Of a DNA stretch of 64,000 nucleotides, positions 49,435-59,646 are shown piece by piece. Position 1 is the stretch's first letter, and the number at the start of each line of letters is the position of its first letter. The DNA lies in the IMG/VR virus record IMGVR_UViG_3300035686_000003, positions 32,001 through 96,000 of that record. One strand, 5' to 3'. The notes below the pieces were generated by a model. It made no database searches. It was not told the origin of the DNA and was given only the letters and a program-made list of their open reading frames with translations. The translations under genes were made by a program, and so were the position numbers. This stretch comes from a virus. Lineage: Duplodnaviria; Caudoviricetes.

Positions 49435-49499
49435 GTGTTTCTCCTAACTGTGGAAGTATTGTTGCAGTATAGCACGACACTTCCACAGCGTCACTACTG

Positions 49500-51467
49500 T
49501 CACTCAAGCTGTTGTAGTGCCTTTGGATGTGCCAAATAGATGTTTCCCACTTGGAACAACTTGCCATCACCATGAACAATGTTTTCTAGCGCTCTGACAG
49601 AGTATAGCTCCCTATCCTCCTCATCTATTTCAATGAGTTCAACCTTAAGCTGGCAACCCTTCAACGGATTAAACAAATACGCCTGCCCAATCACAAAGCC
49701 ATTTGCAGGAGCCTCCTCTGAAGGAACATCAGCAACTTCTGGTTCTATAGTCGCTTCTGCTACTACAGGCGGCTCTACGACTTCAGGAACAACCGCTACG
49801 TCAATGAAGGATGGTAGGGGTAAATCGGAAATTACTGGTGAAAGTTTGTCCTCCTTGATCTCGACTAGCTCTAGATCTGGATGAGTGGGCAAAGGGGCGA
49901 GTTCTTCTTCAGGAGAGTCTCCCTCCTTGTCTTGATACTTTTCAAACCCATCCCAGCTTGCAGTCGTTTGCTCTGGAATTCGTTTGGCTGTACTAGCAGG
50001 ATCATCTGGGTAGCTATAGTTGCTAGCGCTAGCGAGAGGGTAAAGCCACCCACTTGACCAGTCGATTCCCATGCGAATCTGTGCGTTCCCACCTTCTCTG
50101 TTTTTGAGCCAGTTAAACTCAAGAACCTTGTAATCGTGAATTGTTTGTCGGTTGGCATAACCCTCCGACCACAATGCAATTATCTGATCTGCGTGTTTGG
50201 AAATACCGTTGCTATCAGCGAAGCAGAAGATGCCCTCCGGCTTTTTGCCGGATTTAACAACATCTGTCGAATATTGTGCGAACGAAAAGAGTGTCGCACC
50301 CATCCCCTTCGCAATGTGTCCCAACTGAGCTGTTGCCGATGAAATCACAGAAGACTTCATCTCGTTTGGGCAAAACTCTCCAAAATACTGCAAATAGTCT
50401 AGTACAATGCAACGGAATCCTGTAAATTGCTCTCCGTATCGCTCTCTGAACTCTGATTCAGCTTCAGCGATCGCCTGATGCACTCCCGCTACGGTTGGTT
50501 CCGTTGGCTGAATGATGTGCAAAGGCAAATCATACATTTTTTGCTCATAAACCTTCTCTAGCCTCTCAACATCTGCAAGGCTAAACACAGGATTTTTGCT
50601 GATTACTCCTGCCGATATCTTTAGCTCTGCACCCCAAATTTTGGCTTGACACTGCTCCTCTGTCATCTCCATCGAAACAAGCAAGGTAAAGTTCCCTGCT
50701 TCTGCCAGTTGCTTAGCTAATGCAACTGCTAGGGTGCTTTTGCCACCACTGGGAGGCGCACCAAATACCACGATTTCACCAGGGATAAAGCCCCCTGCCG
50801 CTTGGTTGAAGTCGTACCAATCAGCAGTCCGTACTGCATTGGTTTGGGCTTCTCCCATCGCAATTGCTTTGATTTGATCAAGCATTTTGCGACCAATATC
50901 CCGCACAGAACCACCCCGCTTCTTCTTCGGCATTCCCTTTTGCCGAAAATTTCGCAAAGTGCTTTCAGCTGCCATTAAGACATCGCTGGAGGTAACGGAA
51001 GGATCTAAAGCCAAACTGATGCTATTGGCAAGAATCTTAGCAAGTTCCCGCTTCTCGTATTTTGCAACAATTCTCTCTGCATAACCCGCTACATATTCAG
51101 GATCGTGGTAGCTAGATTCAAAGAGCTTCGAGAGTAGTGCTTTCGTGAACTCTCCCGTTTTCCCGCAATAATCATGCAGGTAGTTTTCAATGGTTCGTAT
51201 TTCAATGGGAAGTCTATATTTGTGGTAAGCATCACAAACACCCTTCCAAACATCCCGCAAGTCTGGAGATACAAAGTGTTCTGCTTTGAGGGTAGAAGCA
51301 ACCTTCAGAAAGGTCTGTTCTGGACTCGCTGAGCCGAAAATACAAGCCAAGACTCCGTATTCGTCCTCAATTGCCTCTGGCATCTTCCGACTTGCTAATT
51401 CCCGTAGCTGTGCTGCCTGTAAATCATGACCATGACCAAAACCTTTTCCTTTGCCTGCTAGAACCAT
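49500..51467 (-). CDS. dnaB: Replicative DNA helicase, DnaB family
   Basis: N-terminal P.AIEDE..VL; GAPPSGGKS, SMEM, LDYLQ, AQ, ADQII, KNREG. Confidence 0.85.
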   Translation of the reverse strand: MVLAGKGKGFGHGHDLQAAQLRELASRKMPEAIEDEYGVLACIFGSASPEQTFLKVASTLKAEHFVSPDLRDVWKGVCDAYHKYRLPIEIRTIENYLHDYCGKTGEFTKALLSKLFESSYHDPEYVAGYAERIVAKYEKRELAKILANSISLALDPSVTSSDVLMAAESTLRNFRQKGMPKKKRGGSVRDIGRKMLDQIKAIAMGEAQTNAVRTADWYDFNQAAGGFIPGEIVVFGAPPSGGKSTLAVALAKQLAEAGNFTLLVSMEMTEEQCQAKIWGAELKISAGVISKNPVFSLADVERLEKVYEQKMYDLPLHIIQPTEPTVAGVHQAIAEAESEFRERYGEQFTGFRCIVLDYLQYFGEFCPNEMKSSVISSATAQLGHIAKGMGATLFSFAQYSTDVVKSGKKPEGIFCFADSNGISKHADQIIALWSEGYANRQTIHDYKVLEFNWLKNREGGNAQIRMGIDWSSGWLYPLASASNYSYPDDPASTAKRIPEQTTASWDGFEKYQDKEGDSPEEELAPLPTHPDLELVEIKEDKLSPVISDLPLPSFIDVAVVPEVVEPPVVAEATIEPEVADVPSEEAPANGFVIGQAYLFNPLKGCQLKVELIEIDEEDRELYSVRALENIVHGDGKLFQVGNIYLAHPKALQQLE

Positions 51468-51559
51468 TGTCTCTCTCCTATCGGGGTAACTTTACTAGAC
51501 ATCTGTGTTTGTTCCAAATCAAAATCAGCTTCCTAATTTTGGCAAAGCTGAGGAACTTC

Positions 51560-52927
51560 TCAAGGTGTGAGGTTACGTGCAAGGTAGTCGGCATTCTCCT
51601 GCCGTACTTTGAAAGACCAGATCACGTTGTACTGCATGGACGTGTTGCCCTTCAATCTGACTACTTCTCTGATGCACTCCTCCCTTAATTTATCACGCAA
51701 CGCTGATTCCTGCCACAGCCTCAATGCGCTGTCCTTAAGGAATGTTTCCGCCTCGAACAATACAATCTCCTCCTTCTGCATAACAGGTGCCTCTAAGGTA
51801 GGCTGTTGAGCCGCTACCGCTTGCTTCTGTGAGGACTCGTACATCTTAAACTCCTCCAAGAGGTGACGGTATTTCTCTCCACCCAAGGATAAGTTTTCGA
51901 GGACACGGACGTAATAAAGACTTTTGTTTGTCAAAGTCGTATTGTCCTTCAACAACACGGCATAGAACCAAGTGGTGAAGCTCTTGTACCGCTCCTTCGA
52001 TCCGAAGATATCATACCGCCATTGGTTATCACGATCTACCTGCTCTTGCCGCAACCGTTCCTTCTCCTCTTTGGCAAGTCGTCTCGCCTCAGCTGCCGCC
52101 CGACGCTCTGCTTCTTTTGCGGCTTTACCTGCTGCTACTTCCTCCGGTGTTCTTTTGTTGCGTTTGGGCTTTGACGTATTTTGTGTCAATTTAGTTTGCG
52201 GCGGGGGCGAAACTCTTCCAACACCAAGATCAGTTATATTCTCTGCTTTGATTTTAGATTTTGATTCCGATGAGTACGAGAAGGTTTGTTCTTGTGCAGG
52301 GTCTTGGATTTCCAGCGAAGCTCCGGAGTCCAGATTTAGTTGTGTGCGAGATTCCCCTAGCGAAGCGTCAAGGTTGCTGGCTTGCCCTGCGTCAGCAGAA
52401 AGGTTAGTCTCTTGTTTAGTTTCTGCTCTAGTTTCTTGTATATATAGAGGACTGGTGCAATTTGATCCGGTGACTAGATCAATTTGATCCGGTGACTGGT
52501 GCAATTTGATCCGGTCTATTCGTGAGCAGATCAATTTGATCCGGTCATCCTTAGTTAAGCGCCAAGCTTCTTGTCCTATGTAGCCGATAGCTTCTACTCC
52601 CTCTTGATTGATGGTGTACCACTTTTGATTCGTTTTACCGAATTTGGCTGATTCTACTAGCTGCATTTCTTCTAGCGACAGCAGGATTCTTTTGACTGTA
52701 GGAACTGACCACCATCGAAAATTCTTTGCTTGCCACTCTTCTACCGTGTTATAGACCCAATATCTGCCATCTCTGTAGACGGCTTGATTTTGCGACATCT
52801 CGTGATTCTTTATCCAGTAGTTTATTTGCTGTAGCACGATCGCCTCTTCCAAGCCAATTCGGACTGCTAGTTCCGGCAGGATAACCATCGGGAACTCATC
52901 TTGAAGCAAGTAAATATTCTTTCTCAT
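51560..52927 (-). CDS. Phage replication initiator with internal iterons
   Basis: ELAVRIGLEEAIVLQQINYW...GRYWVYNTVEEW...WS..TVKR wHTH; directly upstream of dnaB. Confidence 0.8.
   Translation of the reverse strand: MRKNIYLLQDEFPMVILPELAVRIGLEEAIVLQQINYWIKNHEMSQNQAVYRDGRYWVYNTVEEWQAKNFRWWSVPTVKRILLSLEEMQLVESAKFGKTNQKWYTINQEGVEAIGYIGQEAWRLTKDDRIKLICSRIDRIKLHQSPDQIDLVTGSNCTSPLYIQETRAETKQETNLSADAGQASNLDASLGESRTQLNLDSGASLEIQDPAQEQTFSYSSESKSKIKAENITDLGVGRVSPPPQTKLTQNTSKPKRNKRTPEEVAAGKAAKEAERRAAAEARRLAKEEKERLRQEQVDRDNQWRYDIFGSKERYKSFTTWFYAVLLKDNTTLTNKSLYYVRVLENLSLGGEKYRHLLEEFKMYESSQKQAVAAQQPTLEAPVMQKEEIVLFEAETFLKDSALRLWQESALRDKLREECIREVVRLKGNTSMQYNVIWSFKVRQENADYLARNLTP
52458..52545. repeat. Four 14-bp iterons CAATTTGATCCGGT (putative origin)
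   Basis: Exact copies at 52458, 52480, 52502, 52532, next to a TATATA tract. Confidence 0.85.
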
Positions 52928-52930
52928 TGT

Positions 52931-53155
52931 CTAAACTCTCCCTTTGTTTGCACGATTTTCAAGTTCGTTCATTGCTATCTCATAAAGAGCATCCACAAAT
53001 TCTTGCTTGTTTAGCCCTAGCCGATCTCGCAGACTATCTATTCTTTCTTTGTCTAATTTCGGAATCCTCCAAGGGTACACTGGTCTACTTTCGTTGTATT
53101 TTCCATCTCGTGTTCTTGACATATTTTCTCTCCCATTTGTAAGCGACGTAAGCAA
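52931..53155 (-). CDS. Small RHH-like DNA-binding protein
   Basis: KYNESRPVYPWRI...RIDSLRDRLGLNKQEF; paralog of 53215..53430. Confidence 0.6.
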   Translation of the reverse strand: MLTSLTNGRENMSRTRDGKYNESRPVYPWRIPKLDKERIDSLRDRLGLNKQEFVDALYEIAMNELENRANKGRV

Positions 53156-53214
53156 ATCTCTAACACTATTATAACTTTAGTTTGCCTAAAGCTGCGATAG
53201 TGTTACTTCAAAAT

Positions 53215-53430
53215 TTATGCCCTACCCTCCAAGACCCCTATTGCAAGCTCGTACATTGCCTCTAGGAACTCCTGCTTGCTATAGCCTAACTTTTGTCGCA
53301 CCTGCTCAATCCTTTTTTGTTGCTCTAAATCTACTCGCAAGCTGTACGTGGGATGCTTTGAGTTGTAACGGATGAACCTCTGAGTGTTAGTGCCTGAACT
53401 GCCTGATTTCTTCTGAGCTTTTGAATCCAT
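53215..53430 (-). CDS. Small RHH-like DNA-binding protein
   Basis: RYNSKHPTYSLRV...RIEQVRQKLGYSKQEF. Confidence 0.6.
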   Translation of the reverse strand: MDSKAQKKSGSSGTNTQRFIRYNSKHPTYSLRVDLEQQKRIEQVRQKLGYSKQEFLEAMYELAIGVLEGRA

Positions 53431-53476
53431 GATGCTTCTACCAAATTTAACTTCATCATTGTAGCATACTCAGGAA

Positions 53477-53552
53477 TAGCTGTTAGCGTTTAGCCGTTAG
53501 CTATTAGCTTTCCGGATTCTAGCTAGAGGCTAATAGCTAGTAGCTAAGAGCT
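53477..53552. repeat. Heptamer repeat (TTAGCNN then inverted) forming an imperfect hairpin
   Basis: tagctgttagcgtttagccgttagctattagc...gctagaggctaatagctagtagctaagagct. Confidence 0.65.
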
Positions 53553-53690
53553 GTTGTACGGAAGTTTGCACTAGTTGACTACGGTTTACTTCCATGGACG
53601 ATCAGAGATCTTTGATAAAGTGAGAGATGTAGTTTAACTCCTTGTTGTATTGCGGAATATGAGAACGAGTTATCCACGACCACCCACAAG

Positions 53691-53757
53691 TCAGTGATCA
53701 ATGAACAGTGATCAGTAGTCAAGATTTGTTAACTGATCACTGTGTACTGATAACTGA
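53691..53757. repeat. Heptamer repeat (CAGTGAT / ACTGATC family)
   Basis: Same family as 1800-1871. Confidence 0.7.
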
Positions 53758-53790
53758 AAAGCCCTAGACTCTTTTGCGGAATCTAGGGCT
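53757..53790 (-). terminator. Intrinsic terminator
   Basis: AGCCCTAGA...TCTAGGGCT followed by TTT on the minus strand. Confidence 0.65.
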
Positions 53791-53802
53791 AACTGTTGTT
53801 GG

Positions 53803-54045
53803 CTATTGAATTCCTTTTGCTTTAGCGATCACTTTCCTGGCTCTGCTAATGATGCGACCATCGAAATAGTCGCGAGTGTCACCTATAGCTGCTAGTTGGT
53901 CTGTTGTAAGCTCTAGCATCTCTAGTAGCTCTGGTGCGGCAGCGATGAGGTGGGCAGTATGTGAATCCAAGTCTTCCACAATTAAATACCCATGCTCATC
54001 CCTGACATCAAAAAAGCTCCCGATTTTAACAATTTCCCACCTCAT
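53803..54045 (-). CDS. Small phage protein with LIAAAPELLE motif
   Basis: Common phage motif AHLIAAAPELLE...ARKVIAKAKG. Confidence 0.7.
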   Translation of the reverse strand: MRWEIVKIGSFFDVRDEHGYLIVEDLDSHTAHLIAAAPELLEMLELTTDQLAAIGDTRDYFDGRIISRARKVIAKAKGIQ

Positions 54046-55829
54046 AGTTCTCCTCCTTCATACCCTTCAAAGTATTCCAACTTCATCCCCACAGCTGGCA
54101 GTTCCATTAATGCTTGAATTTCCTCCTCATTGCGAGCCAATGGTACCCAATACATGATACTTTTGCTACGAGTTGTCGCGACGTATGTGGCATTCACCTC
54201 TTGGGCGAACATCCACTTCAACATATCCCGTCGCAAATAAGGCAACACATTTGCGCCCACTAGGAAAACATTTGTTGCTTCGTCGCCCTTCGCTGAGTGA
54301 ATCGATGAGAAAATGATGTGCTTGCTACGGTCTTCAGCCTCCACGGGAAAGGCTTGAGCGATCGCTTGCAAAAACTCATCGAGGTTACGGGCATCCTTCC
54401 CCAAGAACTCGTAGCAATATTCTAGACACTTGTAGCTGTCACCTACAGCATCTGCTAGTTGCAGTTGTTCACCATCGATATACTGCTGCACCAAGAAGTC
54501 CCGTTGTTCTGTGAGCTTATCAATGAATTCGCTCCACTTACAATGACGTGCGATAGACTTTGCGAACCCTGACATTTCCTGAGCGATATTGCGCCCACGA
54601 ACAACCCCCTCTTTCCCTTCAAAGAACTTTGTCTCTAAACACAATTTTACTAGTGGTGCAACAAATCTACATATTACTAAGTCGCCCGGTTGTGCTAAGA
54701 GTCTGACTTTATGGGGGTGGAGTTTCTCAATGTGACCCACCTGTGCATCATCACGAGCTTTGATGGCAGGGACGATGAGACTAGCAAAGGCTACGTGCGA
54801 TTGGGGGCAACGCTGGGTTTCTGCAAGGGGGAGGGTGCGAGCATCTGTCATTCTTGCAAAGGTATCCATTGCATCGTTACGGGCACCCATAAAGGAACCC
54901 GTGATAGCCTGTCGAGGATCGCCTACACCAATGAGCCGATATCCAGCAATCTTAAATTTTTTGTAAAGTGATAACATTGCTGGGTTGTTGTCTTGTATTT
55001 CGTCCCCTAGTAGCACCGCCTTCTCAGCTTTAGGCTTTCTTGGGGATAGTCTTAGCTTATGTACCAGCCATAACATATCGGCATAATCGATGACCTTTTC
55101 GTAGACCCCCTGACGATAACAGTCGTCTAGGAGGGCGATGGCACTGTTGATGCCCCACGCCTGCCCACGCTTGCCTCCTGGAAACCGAATCCCATAGTAG
55201 CCACAGGTGAACTCTAGTGCTTCTGGTGTTGCTTCAGCGAGGTTTAGTCTAGCAAAATCAATGAGTTTTTGTAGCTCGCCTTTCCAGCGATCTAGTACCA
55301 GCTCAGCCTTATCGGGTTCTGGTGGGAGTTGTGGAGGGGCAACAGGATAATCCCCCTTGAAGGGTTGCTTGTTATCCAAGCGGTACTTGTAGTCAGCGAT
55401 TGCCGACTTTAGTCTCCGTGTGCCAACTTCTGCTAGCTTTAGTGCTTTTTTGTAGTCAACCTTGGGAGCTTCGCCCCTGAAGTAAGACATCAGCAAGCCA
55501 TAACAACATCCGTGTGCAGTAGAGACGTTGCAGCGTTTTGGTATGCGTTTATCATTTTCTAACTTCTCCTTGACAGAAACGTTATAGGCGAGAATGTTGA
55601 TTTTTGTATTCACTGGAAGTAATCCAACGATTCCGACAATCAGGGTTGTCTTACCCGCACCCGCCACTGCTTCTACTACTAGGTTGTCATCACTATTCTG
55701 AACTTCTTCAAAGACTGCCAGCTGTTGATCATTCCAGGGGATTGCGTTCAGGAATTCTTTCTTCCAGCGCTGAGGTGTCCAAGTGTCTGATTTAACTTTT
55801 GGTGCTTTTGCTTTGCGTTCTTTCGTCAC
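54042..55829 (-). CDS. UvrD/Rep-like superfamily 1 helicase
   Basis: AVAGAGKT, DEIQD, VGDPRQAI, QRCP, SIHSAKGDE, YVATTR. Confidence 0.9.
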   Translation of the reverse strand: MTKERKAKAPKVKSDTWTPQRWKKEFLNAIPWNDQQLAVFEEVQNSDDNLVVEAVAGAGKTTLIVGIVGLLPVNTKINILAYNVSVKEKLENDKRIPKRCNVSTAHGCCYGLLMSYFRGEAPKVDYKKALKLAEVGTRRLKSAIADYKYRLDNKQPFKGDYPVAPPQLPPEPDKAELVLDRWKGELQKLIDFARLNLAEATPEALEFTCGYYGIRFPGGKRGQAWGINSAIALLDDCYRQGVYEKVIDYADMLWLVHKLRLSPRKPKAEKAVLLGDEIQDNNPAMLSLYKKFKIAGYRLIGVGDPRQAITGSFMGARNDAMDTFARMTDARTLPLAETQRCPQSHVAFASLIVPAIKARDDAQVGHIEKLHPHKVRLLAQPGDLVICRFVAPLVKLCLETKFFEGKEGVVRGRNIAQEMSGFAKSIARHCKWSEFIDKLTEQRDFLVQQYIDGEQLQLADAVGDSYKCLEYCYEFLGKDARNLDEFLQAIAQAFPVEAEDRSKHIIFSSIHSAKGDEATNVFLVGANVLPYLRRDMLKWMFAQEVNATYVATTRSKSIMYWVPLARNEEEIQALMELPAVGMKLEYFEGYEGGEL

Positions 55830-55958
55830 GATAACCCTCTCTTGTGTGTTGGACTTGGAACCAAGTTATTTTTTAATCACTTCAATCCGTTGCCTAGTCT
55901 TTGTTTGGTACTTACAACCAACTTTCGTTCACCATCATAACACTGTAGTAAACTACGG

Positions 55959-56909
55959 TCAACCGAGGTCGATTCTTTCGCCTAGGACTCCTGCATGATA
56001 GGCTCTTTTGCACAGACTTCCCCAAGAATACTCTTCGTTGTAATAGTAGGCATGGAGGATCTTTTTGAACTCCTTCCAGAACCAACAAATTGACCTTTGA
56101 TCGAAGTAGTACAAATCCAGCTTGTAAACCATTGGCTCGCCATCTTCAGAAATATTGTAGGCGCAAGCTAGCATTCCTTGGTTGAGAGTATATTTTTCTT
56201 TTGTCAATTTGTTGAATGGTGCTACATACGCACTGAGCTGCAAAGCATACTTAATCAAAGGGAAGTATAGTTCTCCATTCTTTTTTTTGCTTATGGGAGC
56301 TTTTCTTTTGTTAAAATTCTTCCAGTCAAGAACAGTCATGCTGTAGCCACGCCCTTCATCTAGAATGTATGGTTTCACTTCAGTCGGCAATAGCGAGCAG
56401 TCGATATACTTGTAAGCATCAACTGTACCACCGTAACCTAACCGTGGATCTTCTTCGTCATGCCAGAAGATGCGCTTCTCCAAAGATATAGGGTGAATAT
56501 AGGGAAAGAGTGGTTGGAATGGTTCAATGAGGTTTAGTTGTGCGTCATCTAACCTCAACGATTCCTTAATGCTGGTGATCGCTAACTCTTGTTCTTCAAG
56601 GGGGAGCAACTGCAACTCAGGTCTTTCTGCGAGGATTAACTCAGGATAATGATATCTAAAGTGATTCTCTAATGCAGCATGGGCATTGGTTCCGTGGTTG
56701 CCTGCTTTAACTTTTATAGCTTCTGCCTTAGCCTTTCCTACTCGTTTCTGCCAACCAGAGAGAAAAGCTTTATCCTCGAACTTGCCGATGATTGTTGTAA
56801 CTGAAGAATATTCTTTATCTTTATGGCGGTAAACTCTGCCCTTGCCTTCAACTCTTGAGTTGTCTTGGATAATGTCTGTGTCGTTCCAAAGTTCTATTTG
56901 TGGTATCAT
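55959..56909 (-). CDS. PD-(D/E)XK exonuclease
   Basis: SVTTII, GTNAH..LE, GGTVD, VLDWK, LQLSAY. Confidence 0.85.
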   Translation of the reverse strand: MIPQIELWNDTDIIQDNSRVEGKGRVYRHKDKEYSSVTTIIGKFEDKAFLSGWQKRVGKAKAEAIKVKAGNHGTNAHAALENHFRYHYPELILAERPELQLLPLEEQELAITSIKESLRLDDAQLNLIEPFQPLFPYIHPISLEKRIFWHDEEDPRLGYGGTVDAYKYIDCSLLPTEVKPYILDEGRGYSMTVLDWKNFNKRKAPISKKKNGELYFPLIKYALQLSAYVAPFNKLTKEKYTLNQGMLACAYNISEDGEPMVYKLDLYYFDQRSICWFWKEFKKILHAYYYNEEYSWGSLCKRAYHAGVLGERIDLG

Positions 56910-56951
56910 TGTTTGTCATTTTAGCTGTGCTTATAATATTTTCGCACATTG

Positions 56952-56980
56952 TTGACAAATAATTATAGATTAGGTATATT
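56952..56980 (+). promoter_or_regulatory. Near-consensus sigma70 promoter facing against the replication operon
   Basis: TTGACA-N17-TATATT. Confidence 0.65.
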
Positions 56981-56986
56981 TAAGAA

Positions 56987-57080
56987 GCCTGGTTGAATAA
57001 TACACTTTGACTTGGTAAAACCTTAACCCTCTCTTATTCAAAGCCGCTGTAACTCAAGTAAGTCTACAGCGGCTTTTGCT
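56987..57080 (+). ncRNA. Putative ~90-nt small RNA
   Basis: Between the promoter at 56952-56980 and the terminator AAGCCGCTGTA...TACAGCGGCTTTT; no ATG-initiated ORF. Confidence 0.45.
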
Positions 57081-57092
57081 TTGCGTAAGCTA

Positions 57093-57806
57093 CTATCGAA
57101 GCTTCCTATTGATCCGTTCGATGAGAGAGAGAAGGAGGGATTCTTCTTCGGCTTGGAGGTCAGCTATCTTCTCGTATTCTTTTTTTGCTGTAGTTTTTCT
57201 TTCTTTTAGAATCTGGTTGAGTGCTTCAGCATTTTGATTTACCCAGTCAAACTCTTCTTGACTTAGATCATATCGGCTCTGGGGAGTGACCCGCTGGTTG
57301 TTGCAATCGTAGATGTTACAGAAGCAAGTTGCCTTTTTTAAATCCGATGGCACCGAAATTTCAATCGTAATTATGTCATTGACTTGTGTTCCTAATCGCG
57401 CTAGAGAAAACAAAAGTCCTCTAGTAAAATTTGTAGCTATACCCTTCTCAAGCATCAATGGCACATCAGTCATCAAATCTAAACGTAGCTTAAGATTTTC
57501 TTCTCCTTCAAAATCCCTGACCCCAGTTTTCAGTAGCTTCACTTTTCCCTTAACTGCTCGTTGTTTGATGAACTCTTTCTGGTCGTCTACAGGGCGATCA
57601 CCATGATGCTTGTAAAACGATCCTGTTTTGTCATCAACATAGATTGCTGTACCACCCGAAGGAGGATCGCAGAAGCCAAGCACTTGCTCGCTATTATTAC
57701 TTTGGCTTTGCTGTTGTGCTAAGGACGCCAACACTTTGATTGCTGCCAAGATTTCTTCGTTTATACTTGTCATTGTTCTATCGCCTCTGTGGTCTACTAC
57801 TCTCAT
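57093..57806 (-). CDS. Hypothetical protein, possibly ssDNA-binding or recombination-associated
   Basis: Beta-rich core next to the exonuclease; likely start MTSINEE. Confidence 0.5.
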   Translation of the reverse strand: MRVVDHRGDRTMTSINEEILAAIKVLASLAQQQSQSNNSEQVLGFCDPPSGGTAIYVDDKTGSFYKHHGDRPVDDQKEFIKQRAVKGKVKLLKTGVRDFEGEENLKLRLDLMTDVPLMLEKGIATNFTRGLLFSLARLGTQVNDIITIEISVPSDLKKATCFCNIYDCNNQRVTPQSRYDLSQEEFDWVNQNAEALNQILKERKTTAKKEYEKIADLQAEEESLLLSLIERINRKLR

Positions 57807-57810
57807 TGTA

Positions 57811-59646
57811 TCACGAGATGAGTTTGAATTTTTTCATCAAATCATTGCGTTGAGTCTTGATTAGAAGGCTTAATATTTGTGCCTTTACTTCAGCTACTCT
57901 TCTAGTTTCCCCTAGTTCTTGCTCAATGAAATCATCAAGATCGATGTGGGAGGTCGTGTTTAGCTTACCAAGAACGATGTCGCTTTGTGACTTGACAGTT
58001 GCCACAGCAAGGTTCAACCCCTGACGTTCAGTGGGCGTTAGAGCGTCTTTAGCTGCTATTGCAGTTCTAGTTTTACTTTGGTCTTGCGGAAGTTCAACAC
58101 TGTCAAGTGTAAACTGAGTTTTCGGATGCCACTTCCCATTAAATTCAACAATTCTGTCAGAAAGATCTCGTTTTGCGTTGCGAGGTGGTTCGTTATTTTT
58201 CAGTTCGCCCCAGTTACGTGCAGTCGCATCGAAGAGGTTTACGTTCCAAGTAACAGAACTGCCTGTAATGGTTGGAATTTCAACTCCAGGAGCGATCGCC
58301 GCAAAGCAAACCCTGAGTTTAGTTAGGTTACTCATCAAAGCAAGCTTGTTGATGTTTCCTTGAGGAGAACCAAACCAAACATACTTTCCACGCTTGTCTC
58401 CACCAGAAACCAATGAAGCACAAAGGTTCATCAATAGTTCCATTAGCTCTTTAGCAGCAGAAGCCAGATCCTCGCTTTCTTTTTTCTTTACGTCTCTCTC
58501 TAGTGACTGAGCCAAGAAATAAAACTCGTCAACAATCAAGAGACAAGGGTTGTCGTCTCTGGCATTCTTGAGGTAGTCCCTGATAACCACAATAAAAGAT
58601 TCGTAGGCATCAGTCTTATCAACGACATCTCCCAGATCAAAGAATTGCGTTTTAGTGCAATGTGCCCAATACTCAGGATCTTCGCCCTGTTTGGCTAGTG
58701 AGCTAATCGAATAAACTTTGTTGAATCTCCCCCTTTGCAATCCAATTTTGCTGGAGATTGCCATGAGCAATGATTTGCCGCATCTTTGTCCACCAATAAA
58801 GACAATTGAGTCAACGCACTCCAAGATGAAATCTACGATGTCTTTAGTTTTTTCGGATCGTTTAGCCATTTCGATTACACTTGGTTGTGAGATTTGTTCC
58901 TGCAAACGGGTGAAGGGTTCTTGAAGCTGAGTCGGGATAGACTCTACATCTGTTTCAACGAATACGGGAGCAGGCTTTGGAATAACAGTTTGCTTTGGTA
59001 GTTGAGGACGCTTTGAACTAGGAAGGGCAATGCTAGCCGTATATTCGTTTGCAAGATCTTCGCAAGCATCAAGAACTTCCTCATATCTCCAGCCTTTGCA
59101 ACGAGCTACGTGGTCAATCGCTTTGGTTAAGGGGTTGTCGCCTTTGTAACTAATCTCTCCATCGACAACTGTTACATCAACTGCCTCCTCAACAGCTTCC
59201 AAGAACAAGTCCGTGCCTGCAATTTTCCAAAGGCTAGCCCAATAGACTGTTGGTGACGAAGAAATAGCTAACCTCACTTGCTCAGAGGTTTTCTCTAGCT
59301 TCATTATTTTTGCCTGTTGAGTTCCCGCTGACCCAAGAAGCCCTATCATTCCGGCTCCAGCAAGCACAGGTATAACAGCTGCTCCAATAACACCTAATGT
59401 GGCACAAGAGCTAATTGCAAGTCCTCCAAGTAGCATTCCGCTTAAGCTCAAGGTAGCATTGGTTCTTTCAACGGCATGGCACTCTTTTTCAAGCTTTTTT
59501 AGTCCATTCAGCAATCTACCCAGAACATCAATGCGGTCTGCAACCGGGGTATCAGGAGTTACATTTGCAACTTGGATTAAGTCGTCAAATGGAGAGTTGA
59601 CTAAGCTTCGAGTTAATGCCAGTTCACCTTTGGATAATCTGTTCAT
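57811..59646 (-). CDS. Membrane-anchored FtsK/HerA-like P-loop ATPase
   Basis: Two N-terminal hydrophobic helices; Walker A GGQRCGKS, Walker B LLIVDE, downstream GSPQ. Confidence 0.7.
   Translation of the reverse strand: MNRLSKGELALTRSLVNSPFDDLIQVANVTPDTPVADRIDVLGRLLNGLKKLEKECHAVERTNATLSLSGMLLGGLAISSCATLGVIGAAVIPVLAGAGMIGLLGSAGTQQAKIMKLEKTSEQVRLAISSSPTVYWASLWKIAGTDLFLEAVEEAVDVTVVDGEISYKGDNPLTKAIDHVARCKGWRYEEVLDACEDLANEYTASIALPSSKRPQLPKQTVIPKPAPVFVETDVESIPTQLQEPFTRLQEQISQPSVIEMAKRSEKTKDIVDFILECVDSIVFIGGQRCGKSLLMAISSKIGLQRGRFNKVYSISSLAKQGEDPEYWAHCTKTQFFDLGDVVDKTDAYESFIVVIRDYLKNARDDNPCLLIVDEFYFLAQSLERDVKKKESEDLASAAKELMELLMNLCASLVSGGDKRGKYVWFGSPQGNINKLALMSNLTKLRVCFAAIAPGVEIPTITGSSVTWNVNLFDATARNWGELKNNEPPRNAKRDLSDRIVEFNGKWHPKTQFTLDSVELPQDQSKTRTAIAAKDALTPTERQGLNLAVATVKSQSDIVLGKLNTTSHIDLDDFIEQELGETRRVAEVKAQILSLLIKTQRNDLMKKFKLIS

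Noticed and set aside
52458-52545. Short repeat arrays (also 6451-6525 and 62160-62216) as CRISPR arrays
   Set aside because: Repeats are 7-14 bp with 3-16 bp gaps, two arrays lie within ORFs, and there is no cas operon; they fit iterons or binding sites.
55959-56909. Cas4 / CRISPR adaptation gene
   Set aside because: It lacks the four-Cys Fe-S cluster pattern and has no cas neighbours; an ordinary phage PD-(D/E)XK exonuclease.
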